Of a DNA stretch of 64,000 bases, positions 1 to 13,254 are shown piece by piece (position 1 is the first letter of the stretch; every line of letters begins with the position of its first letter). The notes under the pieces are model-generated. The model ran no database searches. It was not told the origin of the DNA and saw only the letters and a list, made by a program, of their open reading frames with translations. A program made the translations under genes and the position numbers. The DNA is from the human T2T-CHM13v2.0 reference genome, Homo sapiens, in the NCBI RefSeq assembly GCF_009914755.1, contig NC_060925.1. One strand, written 5' to 3'.

Positions 1-228
1 TACTGCTCGTCTACCTCCTCCCTCCAACACTAGAAAAGAAACTTCAACCATGCAAGAGTCCTTTCGCTGACTGGCACATGATCAGAGCTCAGGAAACATC
101 TACTAAATACCCAAGTTAATTTCATGAATAAAGATTCATTGGCCACACTGGAACATTCACAGTCCAGAGAGGGAAGAGGAACAAGTAAGCAAATAATTGA
201 TGCAGAAAACTGACCTCTTCTCCCTAAG

Positions 229-481
229 TCCTCCAGAGCCTCTCCCATGTCATTCCAGTGTCTGGGGGCTGAAGAGGCTGGAGAATCTTCTGTAGATTTC
301 CGGCCTGTGAACCTGTTTTTTTGTGTCAATTCATGGCTGACTGGAGCTGAGGACTTCACCACAGTTCCTGAACCACGCATTAAAGAAACAATGCTTCCTT
401 TCCTTTGGGATACTGCCGGGTTTTTGGCCAGCAGGGGAAAACTGGGAAAGGTTGTCATTTTTCATCTTTGCTTGAGGAAAA
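229..481 (+). other. Candidate internal exon (probably non-coding)
   Basis: Branch-point-like CTGAC (210-214), pyrimidine tract CTCTTCTCCCT, AG at 227-228 (alternative CAG at 234-236), donor AAA|GTGAGT at 481/482. No recognisable protein. Confidence 0.3.
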
Positions 482-1932
482 GTGAGTCACTGAGACTCCC
501 CCAGAGTTCTGGGAGACAAAGTCCTTCACTGGCTCGGAATCAAATTCATAGTCCAGCCACCTCCTCAGATTGCATCATTCTCAGGGAGAGCCCACTACCC
601 CCCTTGGACCGAAAAGTCACCATGCTGATTTTTTTTTTCTTCGGTCTTCTCTCCTTCCTTTTAGTTTCAACTTAGCTCCCCTTCCAACCCTACCCCTTCC
701 CCACCTGTGAACGCTGGTTCCTACTCTCACCTTCTGGCCTCTGTCGCCCCCCTGTGGCAATTGATGTCTCTGCAGTTTTGGGAACAGGATCGCCCTTTAA
801 GGCACTTAGGGGTGTATAATTAATTTCATTTAAATAATTTGTTGAGTATCCACTACATTCAAGATGCTAGTGAAAGTACTGGAATACTTGGAAATGAATC
901 ATACACAATTATTGGCATCAGAATCTCTCTGGGCCCACCTGGTCCCCCATCCCCTTCCTTCCTTCCTTCCTTCCTCGTTTCTCAAAATTTCCCAGTCCTC
1001 TCCCAAACAACCTTGAACAAATTTGGATCCCAGAACACATAGAAGATCCACAAATCCCTCAGTCACCTAGACTTCTCAGAGCAAACTTCTATTTCACAGT
1101 CAAAGGTCCGTAGCAAATCGCACAGCCTCTAGTCAGTGAGTGTTCCTGTCTCAGTGTCATGTTCAGAAGTGTTCCTTACATGCAGACACACAGAAGATAC
1201 AAGAGCAAGAAGCTCTTGCCCTTTCACACTCCTCCAGGGTGGTTGCGGTGGATTCTGGAAGCCAACGCACTGAAAGACAATTGCCCAGAGTAGAGGGAAT
1301 GGGTGTGGAGCCTTGGAGAAGAAAGTTCTTTACAAATTAGTTGGCCCTTTCCTGTCTGTGACCTGATGAAGAGGGGAGGAAGAAGTGGACTGTCTGTGCG
1401 ATCTGCCTGGATGCTTCCAAAAACACGACCATGCTTCTCCTCCTCCCATCATCTCCCTCAAGCCCCAGAACAGGGTTGTTCCCTTCACATACTGGGTTGA
1501 TTGACGGGGGACTTCCATGGAATGCTTTGGGGAATGTGACAAGAGCAAGTGAAGGGAAGGTCACTGGGATAGCAAACATATGCAGAAATTAAATAAAGTA
1601 TTATAGGGATTATGCAAAACCTGCGTTTAAAAATCAATTGCACAAAAACAGGATGGAAGATACCTGGCTCAACAGAAGTTCTTGTAAAAAAAAATTTTTA
1701 AAGACTTAGAGGTTTCACTTGGCTACAAGCTAAAGATGATTCAATAGTGCATGTGGTAGCCAAAACACTAATGCAGACTCAACTGCATTAAGAGACAAAG
1801 TGTACAGGACGAGGGAGTGCACAGCACCACCCCTGCCCTGGACAGGCCATAGTTAGAATAGAGGGCTTGGCTCTGGGTACTGCATGTTTAAAGGCCACTA
1901 ACAAATGAGAGTTCTTAAAAAGGGGGTGGCCA

Positions 1933-2044
1933 GGCTGGGTGCAGCTGCCACGCTTATAATCGTAACATTCTGGAAGGCTGAGGTGGGCAGATTGCTTAAG
2001 CCCAGGAGTTCCAGAGCAGTCTGGTCAACAGGATTAAACCCCAT

Positions 2045-2095
<51 letters not shown>

Positions 2096-2273
2096 TAATA
2101 CAAAAATTAGCTGGGCATGGCGGTGTGTGCCCGCAGTCCCAACTACACAGGGGGCTGAGGTGGGAGGATCCCTGGATTCTGGGAGGTCGAGGCTGCAGTG
2201 AGCCGTGATCGTGTCACTGCACTCCAGCCTGGGCGACAGAGTGAGACCTTGTCTGGGAAAAAAAAAAAAAAAA
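1933..2273 (+). mobile_element. Alu (AluJ-like) with (CA)n expansion in the middle linker
   Basis: Two Alu arms, J-type GGGAGGATC and GAGGTCGAGGCTGCAGTGAGCCGTGATC, poly-A 2258-2273. Confidence 0.93.
2051..2093. repeat. (CA)n microsatellite, about 21 units
   Basis: Uninterrupted AC run inside the Alu linker. Confidence 0.97.
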
Positions 2274-3361
2274 GTGAAGACAAGGCAGAGGGAGCTAGTG
2301 GCCAAAATGTTGACAATCTAGAGACCATGTTACTTCTACATGGAGAGACTAAAGGTGCAAGGGGGTCAGGGGTGGGGGAGATTTACACTGGAAATGTGTA
2401 GAAAATATATAGTTGTCTTTAACTCAACAGTTGTGCTGTTCAAAAAGCATTAGGCATGTATGTAGCTTCAGAATTAGAAACACTGAATGAGAAGAAGTAA
2501 CAGGGAGGCTGGTTTTGGCTGAATGTTAGGAAGAGCTTTTGACAATTCAATCTGAGCCACAGAGATGGCTGTCACATTCTGGAGGGAGGGAGGGAAGAAG
2601 TGGAGGGAGGAAGGAAATGTGTATGAGCAGACCGTGTGTTATGCACTGCTCTGTGTTCTTGTTTTACAGTGGTGAGCATATCAGATGTGGGCCTTGCCTT
2701 TGTGGTGTTTGGAGACTAAAGTGAAAGGCAGTAATTAGACACATAAACACACAAATAAATTACAAATGCTGTTATGAGATAACAGCATTTAAGAGAAATG
2801 CAAATAAAAAAATTTTCATCTCTGGTGCAAATAAGAGAAAGAAAATAAGAAGGTAAAAGCAATTTGAGTTATGAGTTCATAGCTACAGAAAGGATCCAAG
2901 CTGTGGCTTGACGGTAATAAATTATCAAAATGTCACAGAAAGCATTCCCTGAATTGGGTTAAAGCTGGGACCAGTCCAGCTGCTTTCTTTCAAATTGGCA
3001 ATACATTGGAATCACCTAGAGGAAGATTTTCAATAGTCCTTGATCTAATCCAAGATACCATTAATCATAATTTTTGGAACTAGAAGACTCTGAAACTCTG
3101 TGATAATATGTTAAGTGAAAGAACTAGACTAAAATGCATAATCTTTGATTCTGGTGTCTGGGTTTCACTTGTGATGACTTTAATCTCTTTGCTTGCGTTA
3201 TGGAACTAAATTCCTCTGATTCAGAGCTAGGATACCTTTTCTCTTCAGGAGACCAAACAACGAAGGGATTCCTAGCCAGATATGCACCTGACCTGAATTT
3301 TTCCAAGAGGTGGGTACCATTCCAGGCACTAGCTGCTGCAGAGAAATTGTAGCTGGTGCCT

Positions 3362-3380
3362 GGGGTCCCTCTAGTGGTCA
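3362..3380 (-). promoter_or_regulatory. Candidate CTCF site
   Basis: Minus strand reads TGACCACTAGAGGGACCCC, containing the CCACTAGAGGG core of the CTCF motif. Confidence 0.5.
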
Positions 3381-3739
3381 GAAGCTGTCACTTCAATTCG
3401 CTTCTCTGGCCCAGGTTTGGCCAGAGAATTAGAGGGATGCAGGAGTCCCGCAAAAAGCAGGCAAAGAAACCTAAATACATGTATATTTCAGAAGGTTCTT
3501 CTTTATAATTAACACTAAAAATAGAGGTGACATAACTCACGAATTTCTTTCCAAATTTTTCCTGACCCTTTTTACCTTGTCTTGGCTAATTTAAATTTAG
3601 AGAAAGAAGGGAGTTGAGAGAGATACAACTTTTAGAAACCAGAGTAGACAGCTCCCCAGGATACCAGGCCATCAGTTAGGTATTCCAAGTTTCATTTTCA
3701 TTCCCTGGCAAAATGCAAAACATATCAGAGTTGGGTGGT

Positions 3740-3912
3740 CAGATAGAGCACTGGGTTGAGTAGGGAGACATGAGTTGTGCATTCTGAGCCGTAGCACTTC
3801 GCAGCTTTCTAAGTTTCTAAGAGAAAAAGCAGGTAATGACACCTTCCTTGCCTGGCTCACAGGTCTGATGTAAAGATTAAATGGGATGACTGACAGATGT
3901 GGAAGCTCTGAA
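3740..3912 (+). mobile_element. MIR/MIR3 SINE fragment
   Basis: ATAGAGCACTGGG..., CCTTCCTTGCCTGGCTCACAGG..GTAAAGATTAAATGGGATGA MIR-type 3' core. Confidence 0.55.
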
Positions 3913-4549
3913 ATCAGTTACAGCTGGGAGGAAATACACTGCAATTAGTATTAAAGAAGAGTTTGCCCTGCAGGCAATTCGAAAAATGTCCATTGCCTTT
4001 TGGGGTCACTTCACCCTAAACACAAGTTCTTACAAAGGCAGGAGCACATGGGAGCTGGACTGCTAGGAGTTAGCCTTCCAGCTCTGTCTTTGGGTGTGTT
4101 CTCAGCCCTGTGACCAAAGGACTCACGGAATCTGCCTAAAACAGTGTTTCACAGGGACCTCTAAGGAAGAATTCCCTTACAACAGGGGTCAACAGGGGGC
4201 AAGGGAAGGGAGCAGGTGATAGTAGTGATGGTAATGGGAGCTGTTGGTGGGTATTTTAATGGCATTTGGGCTGGCTTTTCTGCATTATAGTATTGTTTAG
4301 AGAAGGGCTTAAAATGCTCTTGAATTGCCACAAAATCTTTGATCATACTTAACCTTATACAGGGACCCTCAAATGACCACATTGCAACTTTTCTCACAAC
4401 CCTCTCCTGTGGGTTATGTTCCTTGGTGTCCTTTGGAAGCTCCTTGTTGTGGGAAGGTGGAGCGGTTGGGAGAACTCATCTGCTTATCAGCCACGGAGCT
4501 CCCCCAACTCATTGGAAATACATTAACATCACGTCATCTACTAATGCCA

Positions 4550-4705
4550 TTCAAGTTGTGGGCTATGGATCAATATTGGCATCACTGGGGAGCTTGTAGG
4601 AAATGCAGACTTTCAAGTTCCATCCCAGATCTGCTGCTGAATCAGAAGCCGCACTTTCACAACATCCTAAGTGATTCGTTTGCACACTGCAGTTTAAGAA
4701 GCACC
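4550..4705. mobile_element. MER5-type hAT-Charlie MITE
   Basis: GGCATCACTGGGGAGCTTGTAGGAAATGCAGA..CCCAGATCTGCTG..AATCAGAA..GTGATTCGTTTGCACACTGCAGTTTAAGAAGCAC is typical of MER5A/B. Confidence 0.75.
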
Positions 4706-4948
4706 CCACATTTTGTTGGATATTCAAAAAAATGAGAACCTGACTTTAGGGTCTCCTCTCTCCCACCCTACCACTACCTCCAGCAGTCTCCTTGTCTTCC
4801 AGATTCCACCTTAAAATTCAGGAATCACCATGCACTGAGGACAGCCCTGCACAAACATCTAGTTCCCATGCTTTAGGAAAAGTGACAAAAACCCACACCG
4901 CCTTCCTTTCCCAGGCTCCCTCTGCCCCAGAAAAATAGAACTTCCTCA

Positions 4949-5316
<368 letters not shown>

Positions 5317-6239
5317 CTACCTGTCTTTCTTTCTCCTCCTCTGGGTGGGAGGGGCCTCTGGAAAGAAAGGTGACTGTGGGGAGCCATCACTATGTCAGGT
5401 GTGATGCAAAAGTAAGGTCAGAAGTGAGTGCTGAGGGGTGCCAAAGAGCTGGGCATAGGATGGAGGAATGTGCCCCTGGAAGGTAGCAGAGAGACCACAC
5501 AGAGTCACGAGGCATGTGGGGTCTCAGGCTGTGCACCCCCAGACAACAGGACAAGTGGGCACACTCACATGCACATGTGTACACAGCCACGCATGGTCTA
5601 CTGCTTCTGGACTCTGTGTCCAGGTACACATCGCAGAAGGCAGGTGGAGGCCATGCCACCCCATTCCCAGTGGCCAGACCTTGTCTGTGCTCAGTGGCAC
5701 AGACACCTTATAGCCCAATCCCCACACTCTGTACACACTCTGCTGATGCCTGAAATGACTGCGACGAGAGATCTCTCTCCTTGGCAAACATTGTCCGCTC
5801 TCTGTGCTCCTCTTTTAACACAGACATTTCTCCAAGAGGGGCAATGGATTAAATAACAGACACTACTTGTAAGTTAATGAATCAGAAATGTTGCCGCAGG
5901 GAGGGTCGAGGGCAACAGGAGAAAAACAGGCAGCTGAGGAGGGACAAGGAGCTGAATGAAAGAAGGAACAGGGGCACGGCAGCCGGAAGACAGATTTTAC
6001 CTGCATCACAATTACGCCAAGGATCAGTGCTGGCCTGTAGTGCAGGATGGGGGCCTGGATTACACAGATCTGACTTCTCAGGGATGTATGGGGGAACTAG
6101 CATTTCCAGGCTTCTGATGGTCCTCCTGGGCTCCAGCCAGACTCACCTCAAAGCAATTCCACCTGCAGTCACAGTCAATTACACCTCAAAACAATTCCAC
6201 CTGCCAATCTATCCCTATCACTCCTGCAAGTATCCGTGG

Positions 6240-6760
6240 CTTCCCCATCATCCTAGTGTAAAGCCAAGCTTAGCACAGCTCCCAAGGTCCTCCCGAAACT
6301 TCCCCAAACCTGTCTCTCCAGCCTCATCAATCATGCTAACTTTTAGACATGATGAATGACTAGTGGTTCCCCCAAAGCAAGCCACCTTCCCTCAGGCCTC
6401 TGTGCCTTAGTGTGGGGCTGCTCCATTGGCCTGGAAAGCTCTCAACACCTCCCCTTCATCTAGCTAATGCCTACATGTTCGAGACTTAGCTCTGGTGTTT
6501 CCTGACCTGAGCCCATCCTCTCTGTCCCCGCAAGCTGGGTTGGTGAGGTAGGTGTGACTGCTCTGTGCTCCTGAAGCACACTGGGCGTAATAATGACTAT
6601 CGTGTATTATTTAACCTCTGTCCTTATGTGTTTGTTGGTCCCGCTAACCGGGTTTCTTAAGGACAAAGGTTGTGGCTTCCTTTTACTTTCCAGAACATAG
6701 CCCAGTGCTGGACAGATAGTATGCATTCCAAATGTCTGTTGTGTATGTTAATGTATGTAT
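6240..6760 (+). mobile_element. L2 LINE 3' fragment
   Basis: L2-type CCTCAGGCCTCTGTG..CCTGGAA.GCTCT, TTAAGGACAAAGG, CCAGAACATAGCCCAGTGCTGGACAGATAGTATGCATTCCAAATGTCTGTTG 3' end. Confidence 0.6.
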
Positions 6761-7083
6761 TGAGGATAGAAGTTAAGTACAAAACCCTTTGGGAGCTAAT
6801 GGACTCTTTTTACTAAGGAGAAAAATGGGGCTCTCCAATCAGAAGCTATGCAGCTTGTCCAAGTATCAACTGTTAGAAACCAGAAAATTCTGAGATTTGA
6901 ACCCAGGTCTATGTTCCAGATGAATTTAAGGTCCTTGTTCCCTTTTCTCTTATGTGCTCAGCTGGTGATAAGTCATAACAGCACTGCCCTGTTGCTGCAT
7001 TTCCCATCATAAACTCAAGACATTCAGATCTAACCTTCCAGGAGGGACCTTAAAGCGAACCAGATTTTGCTTTTGTGTTTCTA

Positions 7084-7496
<413 letters not shown>

Positions 7497-7844
7497 TGAT
7501 AATGTTATCATGTTATTACATCATGGTGGGGCCAAAATGGGATGGCAGGCACTGGGCATGAGGCAGGGGACAAGGATGAGACAGGCTGGTTTTTCTACAT
7601 CAGCCCAGAATAAATCAAAGCAATGTATATTTATTGACCGTGAGCTTATCTGGGTGCCCGAGCCCCCTCCCAAACCCCAGCAATAGGAGAAAGGTGACCA
7701 GGAGAACAAAGGCGGATGTTTCTCCAGCTACCCTCTCAGGTTAGAGGGAGAACTGGACGGAATCCATCACTTGGAGACTGCTTCCTTCTGGCCTCACCAC
7801 AAGGGGCCACATCCAGATGGAGAAAATAGTTAGGAGGGTCGCAC

Positions 7845-7876
7845 ATTTGCATACATTTGCATGTGTTTGCATATTC
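7845..7876 (-). promoter_or_regulatory. Triple POU octamer cluster
   Basis: ATTTGCAT 7845-7852, ATTTGCAT 7855-7862, GTTTGCAT 7865-7872, at exact 10-bp spacing. Confidence 0.4.
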
Positions 7877-8860
7877 ACACAGAACATGCAGCTCATTCTC
7901 AGGCAATTTTCAAGTAAATGTGATTATTGCCACCTTCAGGTTGTCAAGGATAGATTTTGCTCTTCTCACTTTCATTCTCACCCACCCACGGTCTCTGGGC
8001 CCTGATACAGGACGAGCCAGTGTGTGCGTGTCGGGGAAGGGGATACGTGAAGGCGCAGGAGCACCAGCACCAAGGAGAGGTGGCACCTGGGGCCAGGCAC
8101 AAGGGCAGCACAGCAGCCTCTCCTTAGGCTGAATCCTCAAAGCACGCCATGCCGGCTGCTAGGTGACATCTGCTGTGTTCCTGCTAACAACTATGCTGAT
8201 TGGAATGGACATTCTCAGCAAGTTACATGCTTTTTCACTGGTGAGGTGGCAGTGCAAGACAAAAATCTCTTTGGCACATAGGACAGTGGGCAGATGATGA
8301 ACATTATATGAATATAAGCTGTGAAGTCAAACATCAAGCTCCCAGTCCCTTGAGACTCTTTTCCTCTAGAGTGTATTACCCCCCAATCCGCCTTTTCTTA
8401 TAGAACCTGCTTTCCCTACTGTTTGGCTCACAGTAGGTGCTTCCCAACAGCCTTTTAATGGTTCAGGGGCTCAAAAGGCCCAGAGGGGAGCCTGTTTGTT
8501 CTTGCAGGCTGCCAGACAGTGGGCAGGCACAGCTATGTGCATGGAGAACAGAGGAAATAAAGAACAAGCCTGATCATTGCTGTTCTGCCTGGCGCTGAGA
8601 GGAGAGTCTCAGAAGCAACAGGACGTCAGGGTGTTCCTTCTTTGACTTATTAAGTCAGAGAAAAGACTCCCCTGGCTGATGATTCCTGTGAGTTTGAATA
8701 CTGAGATAGCATATGAGTTAAATGAGAGAACTGTTTTACTAATCATAGATTCAAAATTCTCCTATATGAATTTGCTGACCAACTAATCAACAAATACCTT
8801 CTGTGTGCCTCAGCCAAGCTGAGTAGCTGAACTCTAGTAGGCATTCAGTAAACATCTTAA

Positions 8861-8898
8861 TTTTTTTTTATTTATTATATTTTAAGTTTTAGGGTACA
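8861..8898 (-). mobile_element. Ultra-short L1PA 3' stub
   Basis: TTTTTTTTTATTTATTATATTTTAAGTTTTAGGGTACA matches the terminal bases of the L1PA copies at 47930-47957 and 23770-23799. Confidence 0.7.
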
Positions 8899-9047
8899 AT
8901 GCAGTGTAGATATTGTACTGTTATTGTGGAATTCAGAAATGAAAAACATACAGACCTTGGTTTCTACGAACTCAGAGTCTATAAAAATTTTAATACTTGA
9001 AATATTTTATTAATATTAATAATATAATAGAAGGCATATAACACAGT

Positions 9048-9394
9048 TGTCTTAGTCTCTTCAGACTGCTATAACAAAATGCCATAGGCCGGGTGGCTTA
9101 TGAACAACAAACATCCATTTCTCACAGTTCTCCATGCTGGAAAGTCCTAGATCAAAGTGCTGGCAGATTCGGCATCCGGTGAGGTCCAGTTTCCTGGTTC
9201 TTAGACAGTTGCCTTCTTTCATGTCCTCATGTGGCAGAAGGGACAAGGGGAGTCTCTGGGGTCTCTTTTATAATGGCACTTAAGCCTTCATGACCTAATC
9301 TTGCTCCAAAGGCCCCACCTCCTAACCATTATATTGGGGGTTAGGATTTCAACATATGAATTTTGATGGGACACAAACATTCGCTCTTACAGCA
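9048..9394 (-). mobile_element. MLT1A-type MaLR solo LTR inserted in a MIR
   Basis: TGTCTTAGTC..GCTATAACAAAATGCCATAG..TTTCTCACAGTTCT..GGACACAAACATTC..AGCA, with TG...CA termini. Confidence 0.88.
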
Positions 9395-9606
9395 GTCGTT
9401 AAAAGTAGAGGCACTGAAGTTAGATATCAAAGTTCAATTCAGCTGTGCAACCTGAGACAAGTCACAGAACTTCTCTGAGTCTTAGTTTCCAATGAAAGTA
9501 GACCAGCAGTATCTTTTACATTGGGTTATTTGGAGCATTAAATTGACTGACATGTACAGAACTTAACACATTGCTTGGCACTGAGTAAGCTTTCAAGATG
9601 TTAGCT
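9395..9606 (+). mobile_element. MIR SINE (5' end at about 9030-9047, split by the MLT1A)
   Basis: AGCTGTGCAACCTGAGACAAGTCACAGAACTTCTCTGAGTCTTAGTTTCC core and CTTGGCACTGAGTAAGC 3' part. Confidence 0.75.
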
Positions 9607-9699
9607 AAAATTTAAGAAAGGCATAATTAAGTACCAAAATACATGATTTAAAGTCGTACTATTTTTAAAATTAGAAAGAACCTTAAAAACTCTCTAATC

Positions 9700-9951
9700 C
9701 AATGTTTCCCAAATAATGGTCTGTGGATTGTTGCCAATTTGTGACTTTTTTTTTTTTTTTTAACCAGTCTGTAGCAAAATGGAATACAGAAAGGCAGTGT
9801 GGCAGTAAGCTGTTCTTTCCTTGCTGTTCAGTTTCTTTTTTTTTCAGTGAGCTGACAAAAGGTAGGTGGTAAAATTGTTAATCCCATGTAAGTTCTCCAT
9901 TTATTATTGTTGTTGTTTTGTTCATGAAATGTAGAAGTCTGAGAACCACTG
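9700..9951. mobile_element. hAT-Charlie non-autonomous DNA transposon
   Basis: Imperfect TIRs CAATGTTTCCCAAA ... TCTGAGAACCACTG; 8-bp TSD CTCTAATC (9692-9699) / CTCTAATA (9952-9959), resembling the Charlie NTCTAGAN target preference. Confidence 0.7.
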
Positions 9952-10131
9952 CTCTAATAGACTAAATTTCCCATCAGTGGAATAACTTTATGTGTCATCC
10001 TGTTGGCTCCATTTGAACAGGGTCAGGGTGCTGAAAAGTTATTTATACTTTAGAGCTCAGATAGAGCTAAGAGGACAATCTAACCCCTCTTCTACATGAT
10101 TGTCTTTCAGATCTTTGAAGACAGCAACAAT

Positions 10132-10323
10132 AAGGGAGCTTGGTTATAGTGAGCAGAGCCTTTGGCTTAAACTCAGTTCCAGTTCTGCTACCATCTTGAT
10201 TTCCTCCTCTGAACTTTTGTTAAATGGGCTAGGAGTATTTACTGGTGAAGAATGTTGTTGGGATCAAGGAAAATAATGCCTGTGAAAGCACTTTGTAAAT
10301 AGTGAATTACCATGCAAATGTTA
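10132..10323 (+). mobile_element. MIR/MIR3 SINE
   Basis: GTTGTTGGGATCAAGGAAAATAATGCCTGTGAAAGCACTTTGTAAA 3' core. Confidence 0.6.
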
Positions 10324-10333
10324 TACCTATGGT

Positions 10334-10650
<317 letters not shown>

Positions 10651-11309
10651 TACACCTATAGTGATAAGACAGCCCCATTTCCACCAAGAGATCTCCACAC
10701 AGCACAGTACCTATTGTTTACCATTGGTTTTTACTTCTCTGGACATGGGTGGAGTAATGATTAGTCAATACTCTCCACAAAACGTGATACCCAGAACTGA
10801 GCATAAACTTCAGATCTAGTTGGTAACATGGAGTAAAATGGGACAAAGCGCTGGCCTGCGTGGTCTTTAGGGTCTTGGCTTCCATGATATTTCCCTTTTA
10901 TACCTTCTGACCTGAGCTCTCTACTTTTATGCTACAATCACAGCACAAATGTGTCTTATTTCCCTTTGGGCCAGTTAATATCTTCAAAATCCTAAAACCA
11001 CTAATATTTTAGAGCAAACTGGAAGCTTTGCCTTCTTAATTTGGCTTAAAGACTACAATATTTAATCTACCTTTTCCAACTTAAAAACCTCTCTGGAGAA
11101 CATGGCAAGAATTTAAGAGTTTATTAGGGTTGCTTTTTCTTTGCCATGTTTCCATTTTATCACCTCCATTTTATTCTATCATTTCTTCTTCCTTTTACAT
11201 GGAATATCCCCTTTGAAAGCTATTTGAAACTATATTTTGCCAAAGCCCTATGCATTCTGCTCTGACTTGCCATACAATGTCCTGAGGAGTATTGCGAAAT
11301 CGATAGAAG

Positions 11310-11578
11310 GAGAGCATAGAGGTTAAGAGTGTCAACTCTTGGACCAGCTTATTTAGATTAAAATCCCAACTCTGCTACTTATTGGGTTTTTGGCCTTGGG
11401 TCAGTAACTTAACCACTTTGTTTCTTAGATCTTTCATCTATAACAAGAAGATAAATATGACATCGACTTTGTCATGCTCTTCTGAGGAATCAGTTTGTTA
11501 ATATATGCAAAAGTGCTGAGCACAGTTCCTGGCACATAGTGAATCCTCAGTGTATCGTGAGCATTAGTCTTATTATTG
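11310..11578 (+). mobile_element. MIR SINE, near full length
   Basis: GGTTAAGAGTG.., AAATCCCAACTCTGCTACTTA.., CCTTGGG..AACTTAACC, AAAGTGCTGAGCACAGTTCCTGGCACATAGTGAA. Confidence 0.85.
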
Positions 11579-12595
11579 TCCTTACAGGACCATGTGAAGT
11601 TTTGGATTTGTTCTGCTATGTTCTCCTCCTTATATCTTTTGTGCAAGCCTTTATTCAATCTGAGCTCATCAAAGAGCTCTTTATGAAGCCCCATGGGTTT
11701 TGTTAGCTGCTTTCTCCTTTTTTTTTTTATCAGGATGACTCATGATTATTTTATTTGAATTTCATTTCTTAGAAGGGCCCATCCTGTTAGAGGTTGGGGC
11801 TCCATTATTAATTTTGCATCATAGGTCACAAGATCGTAATCTTTTGCTCTGAACTATTAGACATTTGTTCTCCTGGTGTCTGGGAAGTACTGATCTAAAT
11901 ATTTTTGTTAATTTATTCATGCACTGCTTGTTTCCCAAAAGGAATTGAGATAGTTGCCATATTTTATTATAATAAGGGGCCACCCTATCATTTATTATCA
12001 GTTTTTGGAAATGTCACAGTCACTTTCCTCCCAGTTTCTTATAACACACACATCATTATCCAGGTCTTCCTTACTGGTCATAATTAAGCCTTGACTAGCA
12101 GTTTCCTCTCATTACTTTTTCTGCCTACTGAGAGATGAAGTTGTCAGCAAGGCCAGGTAAATATTCATCAGATGTTCTGCATGAGACTTCCAGCAGATGT
12201 CCTGCTAGTTGAAGTCCCTCGTCACCACTAGATCTTGCCTCTGCCAATTTTTGCAATTCAGAGAAAAGCAACTAGAAAGATATCTGTGTACCAATTGCAC
12301 ATGCACGTGCCTTATCTCCTCTGTAAGAATAAAAGTTCCTGGAAGACTCCCTATTGTAAATGCCTTTCATATGTGCCTAGGGCTCTGCTGGATTATTATT
12401 ATTTTTAAAATAAATTATTATCTAGACTGTAGGATTATTGCTTAATATGAAGTTCTCTTGAAAGAAATAACCGTTAAAGACCTTTTGGGATTTGATTCTG
12501 TGTGCTATCGGTCAGAGTACCCGCCACCCTTCCGCAAAGTGTGCCCCTCCTCCAGAAACCTGAGGGAAAATGTAAAATACCCTTACTTCTTGTAA

Positions 12596-13037
<442 letters not shown>

Positions 13038-13254
13038 TGCTAGACACATTTCTATGTATCGTTCATCTGCATAGTAATTCTTGGTGCCTCATCTAGGAGG
13101 CACCTTCCTAGGAGGCATCAGAAAAGAACCCTCAGAAAAGGATGGCTCTTTGCCATACTAATAACAAGGTTAAATTGTATATAACTTTCCTGAGGGAAGA
13201 GGTCAGCTCTCTGATTTACTCCAGCTATCAAAGGAAGTCAGTGAAATACAGTAA

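Larger units (their letters stand above)
1700..2580 (+). mobile_element. L3/CR1 LINE 3' fragment, interrupted by an Alu
   Basis: Diverged match to recalled CR1 RT C-terminal/3' sequence (CACAAGCT..AATAGTG..GTGGTAGCCAAAA..CTGCATTAA; CTCTGGGTACTGCATGTTTAA; GGGAGGCTGGTTTTGGCTGAATGTTAGGAAGAGCTTT). Confidence 0.6.

Noticed and set aside
476-489. NFAT:AP-1 composite element
   Set aside because: GGAAA to TGAGTCA spacing is 2 nt, not the 3 nt of the IL2 ARRE2-type composite.
30-675. Two overlapping antisense 142-aa ORFs as protein-coding genes
   Set aside because: No recognisable domain or homology, and both run through splice-like signals and low-complexity sequence. Kept only as a candidate exon.
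5390-6359. Cluster of 70-160 aa ORFs in several frames
   Set aside because: Locally higher GC gives stop-poor frames on both strands; there are no protein motifs and part of the region overlaps L2.
10770-12400. Possible L3/CR1 remnants around the MIR
   Set aside because: Some words look CR1-like, but boundaries cannot be set without alignment.
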